From an uncultured Clostridia bacterium (GTDB lineage: Bacteria > Acidobacteriota > Aminicenantia > UBA2199): DNA of 64,000 nt. The position numbers were made by a program, and so were the translations under genes. The notes beneath the pieces were generated by a model. The model worked only from the letters and a program-made list of their open reading frames with translations, made no database searches and had not been told where the DNA came from. Positions 9,226-17,920 of the stretch are shown here, piece by piece. The stretch lies in NCBI GenBank assembly GCA_964457225.1, contig CAYWEM010000001.1:78012-142011 (forward strand), in the 5' to 3' direction. Numbering within the stretch: position 1 is the stretch's first letter; every line of letters begins with the position of its first letter.

Positions 9226-10197
9226 TTATTCGCCCTTAACTGCCCGCTTAACTCTTGATTCGCGATGCTTTTTAACTTCCCTGGTGTATTCCAGCAGCAG
9301 GTTGAATTCATTGCCCCTGTTTTCCAGGCATGACAAAAAAGCGTATTCATCAAGGCAGCCACAAACATTTTTCTGACATACAACGGCATCTTTTTCCAGG
9401 ACGGGTAATTCATGGTCAAACAGGTTGCCCCGTATTTCCGGCAGGCAACCGACTTTCAGGTTGCCCATAGGGTCCATTTTATAGGCAACTGTGGGGAAAT
9501 AGCATTTCCCCCCCCTGATATTTCCTTTACCGGTCTTGATTTTAACGTCGATGTCCGGAATGAGTTCAGGATACATGAGATGACCGGCTTCGGTCTGGCA
9601 GACCATTTCATTTTCCGAGAGCACGTTGGCATTGACAAAAACACCGATTTCCTGGAATTTTTCTTCTACGGAGGGGAACAGGTCAAGCTGACCCGGGGCC
9701 AGCACAAAATTCACCATGCCAACGTTGACTCCGTTCTGTATTTTTTCTTTTACACTGGTGAAGAACCTGTCAAAAGTGATCTGGGTTGGATGAAATGAAA
9801 TGTTGACCGTTATTTTTTTCCAATCGATGTCGCTGATTTTTTTTGCGCTCCAGAAACCATTGGTGTCAACCCTGATGCATTTGACCTGCTCCATCCGGGA
9901 CAAGCCGGCAAGAAAAACAAGAAAATTATTGAAGTCAGCAAAAGGTTCGCCACCGGTTATTTTCAGCACCAGCATGCTTGGGCTGAAACGGCTCATGGCT
10001 TGGAGCCATTCCCGGGGACTGTGATTGGCAAAGGCATGTTGATGCTCTTGTCCCTTGAAGCGGCTTTTATCCTGACTGCGGTGGTAAACGGCATCAAAGC
10101 AGTATTCACACCGGTAATTGCATAGCTTGGTCATTTTCCAGCTCAGATAATAATTTCGCCCGCTTCCGGGACGCCAACTGCTTCTGCCGGGATCCAT
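9226..10197 (-). CDS. Radical SAM protein with a Cys-rich C-terminal (twitch/SPASM-like) region; paralogue of the rSAM domain of 7680-9224
   Basis: CNYRCEYC (CxxxCxxC). C-terminal C-x18-C ... C-x4-C-x-C-x8-C. Shares the ISFHP / VNFVLAP segments with the neighbouring fusion protein. True start may be the internal MTKLCNYRC (~10134). Confidence 0.65.
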   Translation of the reverse strand: MDPGRSSWRPGSGRNYYLSWKMTKLCNYRCEYCFDAVYHRSQDKSRFKGQEHQHAFANHSPREWLQAMSRFSPSMLVLKITGGEPFADFNNFLVFLAGLSRMEQVKCIRVDTNGFWSAKKISDIDWKKITVNISFHPTQITFDRFFTSVKEKIQNGVNVGMVNFVLAPGQLDLFPSVEEKFQEIGVFVNANVLSENEMVCQTEAGHLMYPELIPDIDVKIKTGKGNIRGGKCYFPTVAYKMDPMGNLKVGCLPEIRGNLFDHELPVLEKDAVVCQKNVCGCLDEYAFLSCLENRGNEFNLLLEYTREVKKHRESRVKRAVKGE

Positions 10198-10229
10198 GAT
10201 TCAGTTACTCCGCATAATTCACTCGTTTA

Positions 10230-11165
10230 TCAAGTTCTTATTTTTAAAAGCTTTCCAATTCCTTTTTCATGCCTTTCAGAGCTGACCAAATAAAGGAATG
10301 TGCCGTCATGAAACCCTTTGTAAGGATTCTGGACCAACAGTTTTCTTCTGTAGATGATTTTATCTGTACTGAACTTGGTCAAAGTAGCTGAAGAACGATC
10401 TATAACAAAAAGCTGACCCGAATTCTTGATAATGTCCGAAACAAACTGGAAAGAAGTTTCTGATATCGGAGGTTTTATCACTTTTTCCCAAGCCCCGGTT
10501 TTTGGATTAAGAGCAAACATTTTTCCACTTCTGAGAAGAAAATACAGGCAGTCGTCCATTTCCTTCAAAAAAACCATTTCATCTGGATCTTCGTCAAGAC
10601 AGGGTATTCTATGCTTGAATTCGAATTTTGGAGAAAAAACCCCCAGATAATGTGTTTTTTTATTGAACAACAATAGATTGCCCTGCCAAGAAAAGATTCT
10701 CGATATTTCGTGGCCGAACTGATCAAGGTCAACGGAAAACAACTGCAGACTTTTTCCTTCCGGGGAAAACTTCTGGATCCTCTTGTTGCCCCTTTCAAGC
10801 ACAAATAAAGTTCCCCCTAGCATAACTAAGGCGATGGGTTCATTTAAACAGCCTTGTTTTTCACCTTTACCTCCAAAAGATCTCACAAATTCAAGGTTCC
10901 GGTTGTAAACCAGAATTTCATGACTGTAGAGTGCCGGCAAGTAAATCATTTCATCCGGTCCCGACACCATGTCCAGGCAATACTTCAACCGTTTGTCCTC
11001 GATTTCCTTGACGATTTCAAAGGTATAGTCTCGTTTGAGCCGGCGGGTCCTTTCCAGCAGGCCTGTTTTTTGCTCAGGGCTGATGTTGATCACGTTTTGT
11101 ATTTCGTTGTTTTTTCTCTTTCCTTCAATTCCAGGATTGATTCCGGGCAGGCTGCCGCCGTTCAA
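10230..11165 (-). CDS. NHL-repeat beta-propeller protein (hypothetical)
   Basis: Classic NHL repeat FGGKGEKQGCLNEPIALVMLGGTLFVLERGNKRIQKFSPEGK. Gene and upstream spacer are markedly AT-richer than surrounding genes. The ORF-track start is TTG with no obvious RBS, so the start is uncertain. Confidence 0.5.
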   Translation of the reverse strand: MNGGSLPGINPGIEGKRKNNEIQNVINISPEQKTGLLERTRRLKRDYTFEIVKEIEDKRLKYCLDMVSGPDEMIYLPALYSHEILVYNRNLEFVRSFGGKGEKQGCLNEPIALVMLGGTLFVLERGNKRIQKFSPEGKSLQLFSVDLDQFGHEISRIFSWQGNLLLFNKKTHYLGVFSPKFEFKHRIPCLDEDPDEMVFLKEMDDCLYFLLRSGKMFALNPKTGAWEKVIKPPISETSFQFVSDIIKNSGQLFVIDRSSATLTKFSTDKIIYRRKLLVQNPYKGFHDGTFLYLVSSERHEKGIGKLLKIRT

Positions 11166-11368
11166 AAAAGATTGAGTGACAAAAAAAAATCATCTTTTTA
11201 ATAAAGCAATTATGATGCCATCGATATAGATTTGCAAGCCCGCAACCTTGCGTTCTTTCGGCATTCCTGTTGCAGGACCTGCCGTTATTTTGACACCCGT
11301 TAATCCAATAAGACTTGACGGTATAACCGCCAGAAGTGATTATCTTGTTGACCTGGCATCCTGGTTGA

Positions 11369-14338
11369 TCAGGAATTCATACTTTCCAGAAAGGCTACAA
11401 TTTCATCGAGCAGGGCCATTACCTGCTTGTGCCCCGGGTTAAAACGCAGTATCTCTTCGAGCAGGTCGAGTGTTGCATTGACTTCACCCTCTTTCCACAA
11501 AACCCGGGCCCGGTTCAGAAAATGTCTTTCAGCCAGGGGCTGGAAACGCGATTCCAGGTAAACAGCAGGCGGTTGGGTTAAATTGCCGGCCCCAAGTTCC
11601 AAATACAGCGCTAATTCCCGCCTGATCTGTTCATCGCGAATTTTTTCCAGCCCGGCCGAAAGTTCCGCCATTTCGGCCGCGGTTAATTCTATTTCATTCA
11701 GCAATTCAAGCATTTCCGGGCAATACGCTGTCTCCCTGTCTTCGGCCAGCAGATAACGCTGGTAAGCCTGCCAGGATCCAAGCGTTTTTCCCAGGGTGGA
11801 AAAGACCCGGGCGCGCAAAAGCTCTGCCCCCGCATGCCGGCCTTCAATCCTGTCTGCCAGTAGAACCAAGTCAGTACTTTTCGCCCCTCTGGCCAGAAGC
11901 AATTCCAGCTTGAAAGCCGCAGCCCGGGGATTTTCGGGAAAGGCTTCGAGTTCCTGATCCACCCAGGCTTCAGCTTCTTTCAGAAGTTTTTTCCCCCAGA
12001 AAGCATGGGCCACCTGCAGGCATAGATCGATGCGCATCCCTGGATGTCCATGAATATCAGCCAATACTTCCGTCGACCAGTTTTGCCCTGTTTCAGTGTT
12101 CTTTACCAGTACCGGCAGGTAATCCAGGCGTCGGGGATAACCTTCCCTTTCCCTTTGCAGGTAAAGCAGGCCTTGTTCCCTGTCTCCCAGGGCGAAATAA
12201 GCCCGGGCCCTCAGCAGGTTCAGGCCCGGCTGATCACCGCTGAGCCGGCCGGCCAGCTTGCTTATTTCCGGCCGATCACCATCACCCGCCAGCATGATCT
12301 CCAGCTTGAGCATTTCCGCCTGCCGGTTCTCGGGAAATGCGCTCAGCTCTCCGTCCACCAGGGCTTCCGCCTCTTTCAGCCTGCCCCGGGCCAGCCAGGC
12401 TCGGGCCAGGTTCAGGCGGAGATCTATGGCCAAGCCGGGGCGATTGATTATCTCGGCGCTCAGTTCGGCGAACTGTCGGTCATCCAGATCTTCCAGGGCG
12501 GCCAGGTGCTGAAGCACGTCAAGCCGGTTGGGAAAGAGTTCCCATTCCCGTTTCAGGTGCCAGGCGGCCTTTTCCTTATCCCCAAGTGCCGATAAAACCT
12601 GGAAAAACTTGAAATTGACCCCCTCGGTTTCCTGGTCCTTGATTTTTTCAAGCATCTTCAGGGCGTTTTCGTTCTCCCCTTTTTCCAGCAAGAGATCTAT
12701 GTAATGCAGAAAAACGCTCACTCTTTTCGGATAAAGTGCGACTTCCTTGTTCAGGAACTCCCGGCATTGTTCCCAATCACCCCGTCGCTGGTGAATCAGG
12801 GCCACCTGGTAATAAAAACCGCCCAGCACCTGGTTCAGATGCCGCCCCCCGAGCAGATTAACAGATTGGGCCGCGTCTTCAGCAAAAAGCGCTTCCAGCT
12901 CTTCTCTCAGCAACCAGTAAAAAGCCAGGGCCCGGGCCATTTCCCCCGACTGAAAGCGGCCCAGCAATTTTTCAATCTCCAGTTCGGAGAGCGAGATTTC
13001 CTGCAGCAGGGTTTCGCGGCGGTCAGCCAGAAAACGGCCCAGAGCGTTTCCCGGTTCTGAAGCCGGTGGCAGGGCATCTCTTCCAGATCTGATTTCCTGG
13101 TACAGCCCGCGCAGTGCATTGATCTTTTCCACCAGACGCAGGGCCTGCTCGTGTTTTTGCAGGGACATTTCTTCCGGTTCCTCGGCCAGCGGCAGGTTTT
13201 GGTAGAAGGCATACAGGCCGGCGGCCAGATCCATTATTTCACTCCGCAGGCAGGTAACCGCCTCTTTCATGCCAATAAAAGCACTCTCCAGGACTCCGTA
13301 CAGTTTTTCCTCTCCAGGCCGATCGACAAACATGCCCAGTTCCGGCAAGGGCCAGGAAGAATCCCCAAGCAGGCCCCGGGCTTCCGCCTCCCGGCCCCGG
13401 TCAAGCAGGAAACGAGCCAGCATATAGGGCTTGTTCTGTTCTTTCAAGGCCTGTTCGCTATCGATCCCGGGCAGGGTAAAGGCAGCCATTCCCCCTTCAC
13501 CGTTAACCGCCCAGACCGTTTTTTCAGCCGAACCGGCAGTCTGCAGATCTAATCCACCCGGGTTTTCCAGACTGCTGAGATAACCGTACCTGCGGTTCAG
13601 CACCATGACCCGGTTGCAGTAATCGGCCAGGTAAACGTTTTCCCGGTCGGCCAGTAAAAGCCGGGCCGGGTGCTCCGGCAAATCGAAGGAGACTGCATGC
13701 TCCAGGCCGGAATACAGCCTCAACACTCTCCTGTTTCCCGAATCGGCCAGCCAGCATTCCCGGCCGTCAACCAGCAGGTCTTCCGGGAATTCCATGCCCA
13801 GGCGATCCTCATCGAGCTTGAGATAGCCGTGCCTGGAACCCAGCACTCTCGTTTCACGCCAGTCCCGGTCCCAGATGCGAAGTTGGCAATAGCTTTTATC
13901 CAGTAAAAGAAACTGCTCACCGAACCGGGCCATGGCGATTATAAGGGCGGCCGACGGCAAATCTCTGCTCAGGCGCAGTGTTAAGGACTCTCCCGGCTTC
14001 CCGAAAGAATAGACCAGGAGTTTGCGGCTCAGGCCGTCGCAAACCGCCAGCTCATCGCCCAGTATCAGCAGGGCGTCAATACGCCTCATTTCCGGCAGGC
14101 GGAATCTTTCGGTGACATTTCCCTGAAGATTCACCACGGCCAGTTCCGGACGGTGAAAATCAGCCAGCAGAATTCTATCCCGGCCGGGGAAAACCCGGTC
14201 AACCAGGAAATCCGGCAATTCCGGAACCATGGTTTGCCTGCTAATCAGCCGCATCTGCCTGTCCTGCCGTTCATGGGCTGATAGTAGACCGGGCAAGCTG
14301 TTCAAGTCAAGCTGTTTGCCGGGAAATACTGACTGCAA
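11369..14338 (-). CDS. Large NHL-like beta-propeller + multi-TPR repeat protein
   Basis: N-terminal ~300 aa with repeated hydrophobic-D/G blade-like segments. The remainder is TPR-like helical repeats (LGDKEKAAWHLKREWELFP, ARAYFALGDREQGLLYLQRE, etc.). Confidence 0.6.
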   Translation of the reverse strand: MQSVFPGKQLDLNSLPGLLSAHERQDRQMRLISRQTMVPELPDFLVDRVFPGRDRILLADFHRPELAVVNLQGNVTERFRLPEMRRIDALLILGDELAVCDGLSRKLLVYSFGKPGESLTLRLSRDLPSAALIIAMARFGEQFLLLDKSYCQLRIWDRDWRETRVLGSRHGYLKLDEDRLGMEFPEDLLVDGRECWLADSGNRRVLRLYSGLEHAVSFDLPEHPARLLLADRENVYLADYCNRVMVLNRRYGYLSSLENPGGLDLQTAGSAEKTVWAVNGEGGMAAFTLPGIDSEQALKEQNKPYMLARFLLDRGREAEARGLLGDSSWPLPELGMFVDRPGEEKLYGVLESAFIGMKEAVTCLRSEIMDLAAGLYAFYQNLPLAEEPEEMSLQKHEQALRLVEKINALRGLYQEIRSGRDALPPASEPGNALGRFLADRRETLLQEISLSELEIEKLLGRFQSGEMARALAFYWLLREELEALFAEDAAQSVNLLGGRHLNQVLGGFYYQVALIHQRRGDWEQCREFLNKEVALYPKRVSVFLHYIDLLLEKGENENALKMLEKIKDQETEGVNFKFFQVLSALGDKEKAAWHLKREWELFPNRLDVLQHLAALEDLDDRQFAELSAEIINRPGLAIDLRLNLARAWLARGRLKEAEALVDGELSAFPENRQAEMLKLEIMLAGDGDRPEISKLAGRLSGDQPGLNLLRARAYFALGDREQGLLYLQREREGYPRRLDYLPVLVKNTETGQNWSTEVLADIHGHPGMRIDLCLQVAHAFWGKKLLKEAEAWVDQELEAFPENPRAAAFKLELLLARGAKSTDLVLLADRIEGRHAGAELLRARVFSTLGKTLGSWQAYQRYLLAEDRETAYCPEMLELLNEIELTAAEMAELSAGLEKIRDEQIRRELALYLELGAGNLTQPPAVYLESRFQPLAERHFLNRARVLWKEGEVNATLDLLEEILRFNPGHKQVMALLDEIVAFLESMNS

Positions 14339-14469
14339 TCATTACTCAACAGACAGGTGCAAACCAAGCATTAGACAAGCTCTAATCTGGATTATTCAGA
14401 GTTTTTCCGGCATATCCAGAATGGCCCCGAAGCGGAACCTTGGAGATCGGGCCTGCCCTCTCTCTTAAC

Positions 14470-15081
14470 TTAAATGCTGATGCTTTTCAAAATGGCCCAA
14501 TAAGTTTTTTCATGCTGCGAAAAGGTCTCTTTGGGCGCCCGCAGAATGAAGAAGTTGAGTATAGGTATGTCGAACATCGGATTCTTTTCCTGGAGAAACA
14601 AGCCGACGTATTGGTGTTTACCTTTTTCCCAGCCGCAGGTGGCGCCGCTCATAGCACCGATTTTAATCATTTTTAAGTCCTGAGGATCGGCCCCCCCGAT
14701 ACTCGTCTTGATCCCTTCGATCAGATCGGAGCTGTTCAACATGGTTGGAGGTCTGGAACCCTGAGTAAAATAGTGATCCGGCATGGATTTACTGTCGGCT
14801 TCGGTAGCCGGGCAACAGACATCGAACTGCTGGTGTCTTTTCCAGTCCCCAGGCATGACCAGAGTGAATTGATCCATTTTCACTTTCTGACCGCCCTTGA
14901 TGGAAATGCTGAGCGCCTTTGCCTGGTCCTTTTCAACATTTTCAGTCTATTCGGCCCCGGCTTGATCCGTGACCTGAATCACTTTGGCATCATCCGTCCC
15001 ACTTTTATCCGAACAGGCCGGCAGTACAAGCAGGCATACCGCGACTAACGTCAAAACTGAAAACGCGAGTCTTTTTTTCAT
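14470..15081 (-). pseudogene. Lipoprotein gene interrupted by an in-frame TAG: signal peptide + lipobox (MKKRLAFSVLTLVAVCLLVLPAC) then TAG at 14949..14947, continuing in frame into ORF 14470-14883
   Basis: My minus-strand translation from ATG 15081 gives a 44-aa lipoprotein signal and N-terminus, then TAG, then 22 sense codons, then the ORF-track M of 14470..14883 in the same frame (198 nt = 66 codons). Confidence 0.4.
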
Positions 15082-15111
15082 GGCGATTCTCATTTTTTTT
15101 TGAGTTAAGCC

Positions 15112-16923
15112 CTATTCTAAATTTTCGTAATTTACTTTTCGGTAAAAATCGTAAAGAGCAATAATGAAAGCACGGTCAGGCTCAGTCAGCGGCTGTAGGT
15201 CTTCTTGGTTTTTTTTCGACTGCAAGTAAAACGGTATTTCATGTACCGGCAATTCTAATCCGTCAAATTCCGCCTGGCTGACTTTTGCCGATTTCCCAAG
15301 CAGGATCAGGCCATGAAACCGTCCGGCCGGCAAATCAGGCAGTACTTCCGGAATATCGCTTGTCACCAGGTAATTCTTCCTGCTTGCAAATATTTCAGCA
15401 GGCAAGTCAGAAACAATTTGCGGTTCACCAGGGACGAAGAAAACCAGGTTTTTATCAAATACCGGATCCCTGGCAAGAACATGCCTGAATTCAGAAGATC
15501 CCGGCCTGCTTTCATCAACCGCACTCAGGTCGAAAACGGCGATGTTCATGCCGGCTTGATAGGTTTTGCGGGCGAACGAATTCAGCAACTCTACAGCCCT
15601 GCCGCCCCCGCGAGCGGTTCCCAGTAGATTCAGGCCGACAGCTGAAAACAGGCCTGGATCGATTTCTGAAAGATTCAAAGCGCATCCGCAGAAAAGAGCT
15701 TCGCTGGAAGTGTTTTCCCGCCAATGCAACCTGCCCCATTCATGCAATCCCCGCCGACTGGTTTCCAGGTCACGTAACCTGGGATAAGCTTGCTGAAGGT
15801 CGAATCGCAGATCCCAGACAGATCGCAGAGTGCGGTTTACCAGGCCGTCCCCGTAAAGATCTTTGGTCATGCAGGCCAGCCATTTTTCTCTCACGGCCCG
15901 GTCCGGCTGAAAGGGAGAACTGTTTGTTTCCTGCAACATAAATCTGTAACTCCGCCGTCTTAGGTCGTTGTTGAACTTGATCGTGGTGCCCGGCAGATAA
16001 TCGAAATAATAAGGCATATCGACAAACAAATCCCGCTTTTTGGCCAAAACCTGATCCCGGTATTCAGCAAAGAGTTCATCCAACCCAGGGAAGTCCTTCA
16101 GGGAAAATCTATTCTGGTGTTTGGATATGGGATCCAGATCGAACAGATTCAGTCCGCTGAAATGGAAAAAAACCAGCTTATGCTGGTTGGCATACCAACA
16201 GCCATTTCGCTTAAGCAACCTTCGCTCGTGCAGGTTCCAATAAGCCGCATTATAGCCCGGATTGGCGGAAATATGGGCCCGGCCGAAAAACAGGGGTACG
16301 AATTCCATCCATTTCTGATCATTATGCCAACCCCGGGTATGGTCAAGAAAAGCGTTATCAAAGAGTTTTTCCTGCCACCACCGGATCATTTCCATTGATT
16401 TTTGATTGTTCCTCAGGGCAATAAAGCCGAGGTTGTAGATTCCGGCGCATAAAATGTTCAGCTCCCCGGGGTAGCGATCATCTCCATAAGGACGCAACAT
16501 GTGAGGTGTCAGGATGAAATCGTATTCATCGAGTAAGTCCGTAAATTCGGCCATAGAGTTCTTGAAAAAAATGTCGGAATCAAAATAAACGATCTTGCTG
16601 TAACCCTGAGCGGCCAGGTATTCAAACATGAAAGGCTTTATGGCCGTATTCATGTCGAGAATGTTGTATTTGAGCAGCATCTCATCCAGTTCCGGAATTT
16701 GTACCTGGTTCAGGACCTCCTTAAAAAAAACGACATCTATTCCATCCTGGTAAAGCTTTGAGAATGCCTCGATTTCACCGGCATGCATCAGCATGTCCAT
16801 GATTACTATTACGAAACGGTAATCAGGGTTGTGATTTAAAAAGGAATCCCGCAGAGTCAGGGCATAATGGGTGTAATTCTTGGCCGTTATGGTAAAAGCG
16901 ACGTTCTGCCGTTTTTGTTTCAT
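15112..16923 (-). CDS. Putative nucleotide-diphospho-sugar (GT-A-like) glycosyltransferase, 603 aa
   Basis: YFDSDIFF (DxD-like) in an N-terminal alpha/beta domain. Lies at the 5' end of the glycosyltransferase operon. Family assignment is tentative. Confidence 0.4.
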   Translation of the reverse strand: MKQKRQNVAFTITAKNYTHYALTLRDSFLNHNPDYRFVIVIMDMLMHAGEIEAFSKLYQDGIDVVFFKEVLNQVQIPELDEMLLKYNILDMNTAIKPFMFEYLAAQGYSKIVYFDSDIFFKNSMAEFTDLLDEYDFILTPHMLRPYGDDRYPGELNILCAGIYNLGFIALRNNQKSMEMIRWWQEKLFDNAFLDHTRGWHNDQKWMEFVPLFFGRAHISANPGYNAAYWNLHERRLLKRNGCWYANQHKLVFFHFSGLNLFDLDPISKHQNRFSLKDFPGLDELFAEYRDQVLAKKRDLFVDMPYYFDYLPGTTIKFNNDLRRRSYRFMLQETNSSPFQPDRAVREKWLACMTKDLYGDGLVNRTLRSVWDLRFDLQQAYPRLRDLETSRRGLHEWGRLHWRENTSSEALFCGCALNLSEIDPGLFSAVGLNLLGTARGGGRAVELLNSFARKTYQAGMNIAVFDLSAVDESRPGSSEFRHVLARDPVFDKNLVFFVPGEPQIVSDLPAEIFASRKNYLVTSDIPEVLPDLPAGRFHGLILLGKSAKVSQAEFDGLELPVHEIPFYLQSKKNQEDLQPLTEPDRAFIIALYDFYRKVNYENLE

Positions 16924-17106
16924 GATTTTTTTTAAGATAATAGAAAAAAATTGTCAACAATCAAGCCGGCAAGCAAATTGCTTTTTTTTTCCGGTTGAGA
17001 TTGACATTATGCTGTTTTTTGCCATAGCATTGAAAAATGAAAAACGATCATGCGGGTAGACCCTTCGGAATACCCAAGTATTCATTCAAATTGAGGAGAA
17101 TAAGCT

Positions 17107-17880
17107 TTGAAAAAAATCATTGAACTTAACCCGGATCGGTACGACATATCTATTTCCACGCTGTATCGTGACTTTTCGCCCCGTTATTCCCGGGAAGAAA
17201 CAGTTAAGCTGGTTGAGCCCCAATTGAAATCCTGGTATCACAGTATGTACTTGGGCCATGGTCTGATGATCGAAGGCATGAGAAACCCCCTGCAGATGCT
17301 TGCAGAAATGCAGTTGCCTGAACATCTGCGAAACAAATCAGTTCTGGATATCGGTTGTGCTGAAGGTTTCTTCAGTTTTGAAGCCGAGGCCCGGGGCGCC
17401 CAAAGGGTTCAGCCGATAGATCTGCCGGGCGGTCAATGGAATCACGGCAACACGATTAGATTCAATACCGCCGGCCAAATCTACGCTTCCGGTTTAAAAA
17501 TGAAAGAGATTGATTTTCTGGATTTGAACGAAGATTTTGGTGTCTTTGATATAGTCTTTTTCTTCGGCGTGCTTTACCATCTGCGCGACCCTTTCCTGGC
17601 TCTGAGAAAAATACGCCGATGGACCGGGGAAATGCTCTTCCTGGAAACTCATGTCGCCTGCAGGCAATTACCCGAGATACCTGCCTTCGGTCAAGAAGAT
17701 CCGCCTTACATGGTTTTTTATGAAAAGGGTGAATTGGCCGGAGATGCTTCAAATTGGTGGAGCCCGAATCTCAACTGCCTTACTGCCATGCTCCGGGCGG
17801 CCGGATTCAAACCGGAAATCGTTTCATGGCAAAAAAACGATTGGCAGGGCCGGGCCATAGTTAAAGCCAAACCAGCTTGA
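17107..17880 (+). CDS. Class I SAM-dependent methyltransferase
   Basis: Motif I VLDIGCAEGFFS. TTG start 8 nt after a strong GAGGAG RBS. Divergent from the glycan operon. Confidence 0.65.
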   Translation: MKKIIELNPDRYDISISTLYRDFSPRYSREETVKLVEPQLKSWYHSMYLGHGLMIEGMRNPLQMLAEMQLPEHLRNKSVLDIGCAEGFFSFEAEARGAQRVQPIDLPGGQWNHGNTIRFNTAGQIYASGLKMKEIDFLDLNEDFGVFDIVFFFGVLYHLRDPFLALRKIRRWTGEMLFLETHVACRQLPEIPAFGQEDPPYMVFYEKGELAGDASNWWSPNLNCLTAMLRAAGFKPEIVSWQKNDWQGRAIVKAKPA

Positions 17881-17920
17881 AATCTGTTTATTTCAGGCTG
17901 ATTGCAGAAAAAACGGGCCT

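Noticed and set aside
11166-11368. Sigma-54 or sigma-70 promoter calls in the AT-rich spacer upstream of the NHL gene
   Set aside because: The best -24/-12-like string (TGGCAGgtccTGCA) is off by one nucleotide in spacing, and no clear -35/-10 pair was found. Left uncalled.
14947-14949. Genome-wide reassignment of TAG as a sense codon
   Set aside because: TAG is the stop for the NtrC-like gene (32332-32334) and the DUF362 gene (36813-36815), where translations end at sensible C-termini. The standard code is retained.
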